This document shows positions 58,743 to 64,000 of a stretch of DNA of 64,000 nt, piece by piece. Under the pieces are notes generated by a model. That model ran no database searches and had not been told where the DNA came from. It saw only the letters and a program-made list of their open reading frames with translations. Each line of letters opens with the position of its first letter. The first letter of the stretch is position 1. The DNA comes from an uncultured Bacilli bacterium (lineage in GTDB: Bacteria; Bacillota_I; Bacilli_A; RF39; UBA660): assembly GCA_944332675.1 (NCBI GenBank), contig CALVKJ010000001.1, forward strand, positions 5,235 to 69,234, written 5' to 3'. The translations under genes were made by a program, and so were the position numbers.

Positions 58743-60290
58743 TTAAATTCCTTTTTTTCTAATTAAGGTATCATATGTATCTAAAACTTTAGGATCTTCA
58801 ATTAGAAAACGATATTTTACATAAATATGTTTAAAGTTATATAATAAATTTTCTAAATCTTTATTATTAGCATCATATTCTGCTATAAGGTTAGATATGT
58901 CTTTATCTAATTCTTCTAAAACTTTATCACAATCTTTTCTTATCTTTAATCTGCGCATAATTTCTGATGCATCTATTAAAGAAAGATCAGTAACTCCCGC
59001 AAATAAGAAAGACATTTTGACAATTGCCCAAGGCACAAATAGCATTAATAAAACTATCAATAAACTATATCTATACGCCAAATTATCAGAATCTACTATA
59101 TAATTATTAGAGTTTTGAATTAAACGAATGACTTCAGTTATTTGTTGCTCATAAGTTTCTTTCGCTGATAAATTAGTGCTATTTTCATTGGTAATATTAA
59201 CATTATTTAAATCAGCTAAATTAAGAGCTACATATTCTTCTAACTTTTCATAATCGATATCACTTACATCTGCAGATACAACTGTTCTTGTGTAATTGTT
59301 AGTCATAAATTCTTCCCAAGGGGTGTAAGAAACTACCAATATTTTTTCCCCAGCAGGAATTTTTTCTTGATAATCAGCAGTAGTTCTAGTTAGACCATCA
59401 ACCGTAGAATAAGTTTCTTTAGTAGTATGATAAAGTTTAGTAGAAGAAAGTGCTTTTACTCCTTTATTAGCGCCATAAATAAGGCCACTTAATAACACTA
59501 CTGTTGCAGTTGCACTAGCAATTAATCTAGTTACTTTAGCATCATTTCGTCTTTTATTAGTAGCTTTTTTTTCGGATTGCTTATTATCAATAGCTGCTGC
59601 TAATTCTTTTTTCTTAGCTATTTTTGCACAAATTTTTTCGTATTGTTCATGTAGTTTCTTAGAAACATCATTAATAAAATTATCATCACTTTCTATAACC
59701 CCCACAAGTGAAGATGGCTTATTTTTTAGATCTTGTAAATTAATATTAATCGCACTTCTAAAAATTTCACTTAAGCCAGATTCTTCAATAAATTCTAGTA
59801 ATACACTATTACCGTGGAATAACAATTCTTTTTGGATAATTATTACATAAAATGGTAATATCTTTTTTAATATGATTTCACAGTTAGGATCAGCAAAATC
59901 ACAACAAGCTAATAAATCGATAATACTTCTTATGGCATTATTAGCATATACTGCAATATTTTCTTCAAGTATAGATCCTTCTTCAGCTGCTTCTTTATAT
60001 ATTTGGACATTTTCATATAATTTTAAAAGCTTATTATATTTATTTAACTCAAGACTTAATGCTTGAAGACTTTTAAAACCTCTAGAATGTGCCGAATCTA
60101 AATAAGCAGCGGTGAAAGCATTTTTGGGTTTATTTTGAATTTCTTCTACCTCTTTAGTACAAGATGCAACAATTTCATTTAAAGTTTGTTGATATTTAGA
60201 TACATCAAGACCTAAGTCTTCTAAATTACTTATTAATCTTTCTAATTCTATCTTTTTACTTTTATAGTTAAACGCAAAACCATTAGTCAT
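58743..60290 (-). CDS. hypothetical coiled-coil/membrane protein (515 aa)
   Basis: Long ORF, two predicted TM segments in the C-terminal half, no known motifs. Confidence 0.5.
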   Translation of the reverse strand: MTNGFAFNYKSKKIELERLISNLEDLGLDVSKYQQTLNEIVASCTKEVEEIQNKPKNAFTAAYLDSAHSRGFKSLQALSLELNKYNKLLKLYENVQIYKEAAEEGSILEENIAVYANNAIRSIIDLLACCDFADPNCEIILKKILPFYVIIIQKELLFHGNSVLLEFIEESGLSEIFRSAININLQDLKNKPSSLVGVIESDDNFINDVSKKLHEQYEKICAKIAKKKELAAAIDNKQSEKKATNKRRNDAKVTRLIASATATVVLLSGLIYGANKGVKALSSTKLYHTTKETYSTVDGLTRTTADYQEKIPAGEKILVVSYTPWEEFMTNNYTRTVVSADVSDIDYEKLEEYVALNLADLNNVNITNENSTNLSAKETYEQQITEVIRLIQNSNNYIVDSDNLAYRYSLLIVLLMLFVPWAIVKMSFLFAGVTDLSLIDASEIMRRLKIRKDCDKVLEELDKDISNLIAEYDANNKDLENLLYNFKHIYVKYRFLIEDPKVLDTYDTLIRKKGI

Positions 60291-60354
60291 CTTATAATAT
60301 CCCCTTTTTTGATTGCTCTATATCTTATCACAAACACTTGTTATTGTCAAATAC

Positions 60355-60383
60355 TTGACAAAGAAAGCTATGGGTGGTAGAAT
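60355..60383 (+). promoter_or_regulatory. sigma-A promoter (TTGACA-17-TGgTAGAAT) overlapping an inverted repeat ttgtcaa/ttgacaa
   Basis: -35 60355-60360, -10 60378-60383 with upstream TG; palindrome 60343-60361. Confidence 0.55.
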
Positions 60384-60389
60384 TAAAAG

Positions 60390-60652
60390 CACTTGAAAGA
60401 GGTCGCGGCCTTAAATAGTAATAATTTAATTAAACAGATTATTGTTAAATTATGAAAGGTAATGCCGCCGAAGTTAAGAAGATATATCTGTTAGTCTTCT
60501 TTTCTGGGGAATTATAAAATATATAATTCACTGTCGTATCAGAAGATACGGAGCGCTTGTCAAGATGATGGGAATGTATATTACCATGGTTTTTGCGCTT
60601 CTCAAGTTGCAAGCCATGGTTTTTTTGTGGTGGCAAATAAGGAGAAGAGATT
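60390..60652 (+). ncRNA. ~260-nt structured 5' leader ending in an intrinsic terminator (candidate riboswitch/attenuator, class unknown)
   Basis: Hairpins at 60535-60550 (cgtatc-agaa-gatacg) and a palindrome agatatatct; terminator with ccatgg arms 60584-60619 plus T7 (60620-60626) ~25 nt before the RBS AAGGAG of the downstream gene. Confidence 0.4.
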
Positions 60653-61612
60653 ATGAAAAGAACAAGATTTTTTGAAAGATGTAGCCATAGCTACCAATAT
60701 TTATCGGATATGTGTAAATCGGTAACAGAAGAATACACAGATATTAAATTTAGTGTTGTTCAATGTGATCCTAATTTTAGGGAGCCAATTAAAATTATCA
60801 ATTTAGTTAAAGATATAAGTGATTTTTACAATGAAAATTGGTTGGGTAATGCTGATTACATACATATACCTGATGCTAGAAAAGTTTTAGATAATTATTT
60901 AAAGTATCCAATTATTATGGCATATCAACAATATCCAGATGGGTCGATCGATATTTTGGGTATTGCCACTTTAAAATACTATCAAAATACGGATGATTTT
61001 GTAAATCCTTACTACCCTATTCCTAATAAAAGATTTTTTGAAGTAACGGGTATATTAACTAAACAAAATAGCCTTGTTAAAAATATTGGCAAGAGAATAT
61101 ACGAAATATTAATTGAAGCTTTGGAAAAATATCAAGAAGTTCTTCCTGATTTTGATGTTATATTTGTAGCTGATTGTAGAAATTATATGAGCATAAATGG
61201 AGCACGTGGTGGTGCTAAGTACTTAAGAGAAGAACGAGGTAAAAACGCATATGGCAAAATTGTAGGATTTTATACTGTTAGGGAAAATGGGGTGTTAACT
61301 GAGGCTCCAACATTTGTAGCTAAATTTGATTTTAATAGCTCCCCTCTTACAAATACTATCGAATTTTCTTATCAAGAAGATGCCGATTTATTTGAGAGTA
61401 TGCTACAAATAATCACCAGTAAATTAGCTAGTTATGATATTGCTCCAGAAGCCATTAATATGGATGAATGCGGAGAAGTAGCTTTTTATAAATTAGGTGA
61501 TGATCGTATAAATTTAGATGATATAACTATACTACCTAATGGAACAGAAAAAGGAAATGATCGTATTCCTTGGCCAATTACACGAAAAAGAGTTAGGGGT
61601 GGTATTAAATGA
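60653..61612 (+). CDS. hypothetical protein with a GNAT-like acyl-CoA binding motif
   Basis: VKNIGKRIYEILIEAL resembles GNAT motif A (V/I-x4-R-G-x-G); the stop overlaps the start of the dipeptidase gene. Confidence 0.45.
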   Translation: MKRTRFFERCSHSYQYLSDMCKSVTEEYTDIKFSVVQCDPNFREPIKIINLVKDISDFYNENWLGNADYIHIPDARKVLDNYLKYPIIMAYQQYPDGSIDILGIATLKYYQNTDDFVNPYYPIPNKRFFEVTGILTKQNSLVKNIGKRIYEILIEALEKYQEVLPDFDVIFVADCRNYMSINGARGGAKYLREERGKNAYGKIVGFYTVRENGVLTEAPTFVAKFDFNSSPLTNTIEFSYQEDADLFESMLQIITSKLASYDIAPEAINMDECGEVAFYKLGDDRINLDDITILPNGTEKGNDRIPWPITRKRVRGGIK

Positions 61613-62937
61613 ATAAAACAATAAATTTTTTTAAAGAAATAGCTAAAATTCCGCGAGAATCTGGAAATGAAGAAAAAATTACTGAATATTTATGTGAATT
61701 TGCAAGAAAGCGTAATTTAGAATATTATAAAGATAACTATAACAATGTTTTAATTAAGAAAAAAACTAGTGATGCTAATCCTTTAATATTACAAGCGCAT
61801 ACTGATATGGTATGTGTTAGCAATAAAGATTTTGATTTTACTAAAGAGTCAATTGAAGTTATAGAAAAAGATGGATATTTGCAAGCAAATGGAACTACTC
61901 TTGGAGCCGATAATGGGATTGGGGTTGCTTTCATATTAACTATATTAGATTGTAATATACCTTGTAATATTGAAGCAGTATTTACAAGTAGCGAAGAAAC
62001 AACTATGCGCGGAGCTGAAAACTTTGATACCACTAAACTAACAGGTAAATACTTACTAAATTTGGATGGGTTTGATGAAAATGTTATCATTAGAGCATCA
62101 GCTGCCTACTACGATTTAGAAATGGATACAAATTTTAAAAAGGAAAAAAGTAGTTTTGGAAATACTTATAAAATCACTTTATCAGGACTTCCCGGAGGAC
62201 ATTCTGGTTATGATTTAGATAAAAATCGGGGTAATGCCATAATAATGTTAGCAGATTTTTTAAAACAATTTAAGCTTGAATTAGTAAGTATTAATGGTGG
62301 AACTAAAAATAATGTCTTCCCTACTAAAGCAGAAGTTTTAATAAATACTAATGAAGATATAAATCAAATATCGTTTATAGATGAAGATAAAAATAGATAT
62401 CCTAATTTAAAAATAGAGGTAATTAAACAAGAATATATAAAAGATGTTTTACCTAATACTAGTGAATTACTAGATTTTATTAGCAATTTTCCAAGTAAAG
62501 CACTCTATTATAATAAAAATAATGAACCCACTACATCACTAAATTTAGGTAATATAAATAATAACCATTTAGAAATTGGAATGCGTAGTACAAATAAAGA
62601 TGAAGCAAATAAAGTATTAGAAATACTAAGCAATTATGGTAATAAATATAATTTTTCTTTAAAACAAGTTGGTTATCAACCGGGATTTTATTCTAGTGAG
62701 GATTCTCCTCTTATAAAGCTACTTAAAGAAACGGATCCATACAAAACTAAAGCAGAAGCTAAATCATTACACATAACTGTTGAAGCGGGATTTTTTCAAG
62801 AGCGTATTCCGGAGCTAGAAATTGCCATAATTTCTCCCGATATAAAAGATGCTCACTCTATCAATGAACGAGTAAGCATCCAATCAATTTCTAAAACTTA
62901 TAAATGGCTAGAAGAATTTATCAAGGCTTTTAAGTAA
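61609..62937 (+). CDS. M20 family aminoacyl-histidine (Xaa-His) dipeptidase, PepD-like
   Basis: N-terminus FKEIAKIPRESGNEEKITEYL, metal ligands LQAHTDMV...GADNGIG, and the PepD-like architecture (442 aa). Confidence 0.8.
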   Translation: MNKTINFFKEIAKIPRESGNEEKITEYLCEFARKRNLEYYKDNYNNVLIKKKTSDANPLILQAHTDMVCVSNKDFDFTKESIEVIEKDGYLQANGTTLGADNGIGVAFILTILDCNIPCNIEAVFTSSEETTMRGAENFDTTKLTGKYLLNLDGFDENVIIRASAAYYDLEMDTNFKKEKSSFGNTYKITLSGLPGGHSGYDLDKNRGNAIIMLADFLKQFKLELVSINGGTKNNVFPTKAEVLINTNEDINQISFIDEDKNRYPNLKIEVIKQEYIKDVLPNTSELLDFISNFPSKALYYNKNNEPTTSLNLGNINNNHLEIGMRSTNKDEANKVLEILSNYGNKYNFSLKQVGYQPGFYSSEDSPLIKLLKETDPYKTKAEAKSLHITVEAGFFQERIPELEIAIISPDIKDAHSINERVSIQSISKTYKWLEEFIKAFK

Positions 62938-62939
62938 AA

Positions 62940-63671
62940 TTAAAGGCCTTTTTCTAATGCCACAATTACTTCATCAATACTACTGCTAGAACTTATAAAT
63001 CTATATAATACATTATCATAAACAAAGAATATAGGAAGCCCTCGATTGGTTCCACCAATAGTTACATAATAAATATCTGTTTTTAACTTTTCTGAATAAA
63101 TGCTAGTAACTATATCTTCATCTGTGCCCGAAAAGTTAGTAAAATCGATAACATTTTTAAAAGTGTTTTTAGTTTCTTCACTACACCCTTTACTCATAAA
63201 AGATATATTTACAATATCAAAGTATACATCATTTATAACTAGGTTATTTTCAAGCTCTAAACTAATTGATTCTATACTAGAATCAGTATTTCTATTTATC
63301 ATACAATTATTTATTTTATAACTGTCTAATAATAAATCGATATTTAAAGTATTTTCTAAATCACTAATACTAATTAAATTACTGCAAACAATATTACTAT
63401 TAATATCAAAATCTACTCCTTCATTTAGGGAAAAACTAAAGCCACTTTCTGTGTTATTGCTAGTTTTATTTATGCTATATAGCTTTAATATGGCAACAAC
63501 ACTAAATGTACCAACTAATAAAATAACTAAACATAACGAAAATACAAAAGAAAATTTAAATTTATTTTGTTTTACTATAAATTTCTTATCTTTATAGTTT
63601 AATATTTTTTTATCTAAGTCCTCACTTACTTGATAACTATTAAAAGCATCAATAAATTTTTTATTTTTCAT
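62940..63671 (-). CDS. signal-anchored protein, putative anti-sigma factor with a DUF4367-like C-terminus
   Basis: Cytoplasmic N-terminus, one TM, C-terminus FFVYDNVLYRFI...IDEVIVALEKGL similar to 17491-17970; immediately downstream of an ECF sigma gene. Confidence 0.45.
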   Translation of the reverse strand: MKNKKFIDAFNSYQVSEDLDKKILNYKDKKFIVKQNKFKFSFVFSLCLVILLVGTFSVVAILKLYSINKTSNNTESGFSFSLNEGVDFDINSNIVCSNLISISDLENTLNIDLLLDSYKINNCMINRNTDSSIESISLELENNLVINDVYFDIVNISFMSKGCSEETKNTFKNVIDFTNFSGTDEDIVTSIYSEKLKTDIYYVTIGGTNRGLPIFFVYDNVLYRFISSSSSIDEVIVALEKGL

Positions 63672-63676
63672 TATAC

Positions 63677-64000
63677 CTACCTTTCTAATAAATCTTTTAA
63701 TTTATTTCTTCCTCTATTTAATATTGATCTAATTGTACTTTCCTTTGTTTTTAAAATACCAGCTATTTCTTTAGTTTTATATCCTTCATAATAATACAAA
63801 AATATTACTAGCCGATATTTTCTAGGTAATTTAAATAATTCGTCTAATATTTCGTTATTATTAAAATCCTTACTTACTTCAAAGTTATTAATACTAATAA
63901 TATTTCTTTTCCAATAAGATTTATTTATATTTTTACAAGTATTAATAGTTGTTACAATTAACCAATATTTAATGTGTTCATCATCATTTAAATTAGCCAT
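63677..64000 (-). CDS. ECF-type sigma factor (5' end beyond the window)
   Basis: Region-4 HTH RLVIFLYYYEGYKTKEIAGILKTKESTIRSILNRGRNKL; the ORF runs off the window edge. Confidence 0.7.
   Translation of the reverse strand: MANLNDDEHIKYWLIVTTINTCKNINKSYWKRNIISINNFEVSKDFNNNEILDELFKLPRKYRLVIFLYYYEGYKTKEIAGILKTKESTIRSILNRGRNKLKDLLER

Noticed and set aside
60445-60636. 63-aa minus-strand ORF in the GNAT/PepD leader region
   Set aside because: No RBS, and it lies within a promoter-proximal structured leader transcribed from the plus strand; more likely non-coding.
60390-60652. T-box riboswitch for the long leader
   Set aside because: The only GGGUGG lies in the promoter spacer, not adjacent to the terminator; no AAUUAGGGUGGNACCGCG element and no recognisable specifier-loop architecture.
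1-64000. CRISPR arrays, rRNA, tRNA, classical IS elements or integrases
   Set aside because: No spaced short direct-repeat arrays, no TTCGA-type T-arm or acceptor-stem patterns in intergenic regions, and no DDE transposase or tyrosine recombinase signatures were seen. The only repeat array is the gene-sized YhcG triplet.

Overview
This is a low-GC (~28-30%) Firmicutes-type chromosomal segment that uses the standard genetic code; TGG encodes Trp and no UGA read-through is needed for full-length pyrG or dnaG. Coding density is high. The core genes I can name with good support are pyrG, a MacB-like ABC/FtsX fusion, zupT, mnmA, the dnaG-sigA-trmK macromolecular-synthesis operon, uvrC, trxA, cvpA, rnhC, holA, the comEA-comEC DNA-uptake genes, an ylbL-like PDZ-Lon protease, queA, a tmk-folA-thyA-glyA-folD-ruvB thymidylate/folate cluster, and a PepD-like dipeptidase. 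Accessory content includes scattered type IV pilus/competence-pilus parts (prepilin peptidase, a PilC/GspF platform protein, an orphan ComGA/PilB-like ATPase, three pilin-like genes), spore-coat-like genes (SpoVID-like LysM, CotS-like kinase), two ECF sigma/anti-sigma pairs, an Rpn-family nuclease, and several membrane-anchored proteins of unknown function. The observations I rate highest are: (1) three tandem, mosaic paralogs of a YhcG/DUF1016-family PD-(D/E)XK nuclease inserted and translationally coupled inside the comEA-comEC...holA operon; (2) an uninterrupted 26-nt poly(A/T) tract forming the spacer of a putative promoter for a large secreted protein with a SipW-cognate-like signal peptide, a classic slipped-strand phase-variation layout; (3) a ~150-aa C-terminal domain shared between that secreted protein and a type IV pilin-like protein, and a ~125-bp GC-rich, GC3-biased codon island inside the same domain; (4) structured non-coding candidates, namely a promoter-plus-terminator sRNA after zupT, a ~260-nt terminator-containing leader upstream of a GNAT-like/PepD pair, and a pyrG leader hairpin. 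No CRISPR array, rRNA, tRNA or classical IS element was seen. All calls are from reading the sequence and the ORF translations; no database search was run.
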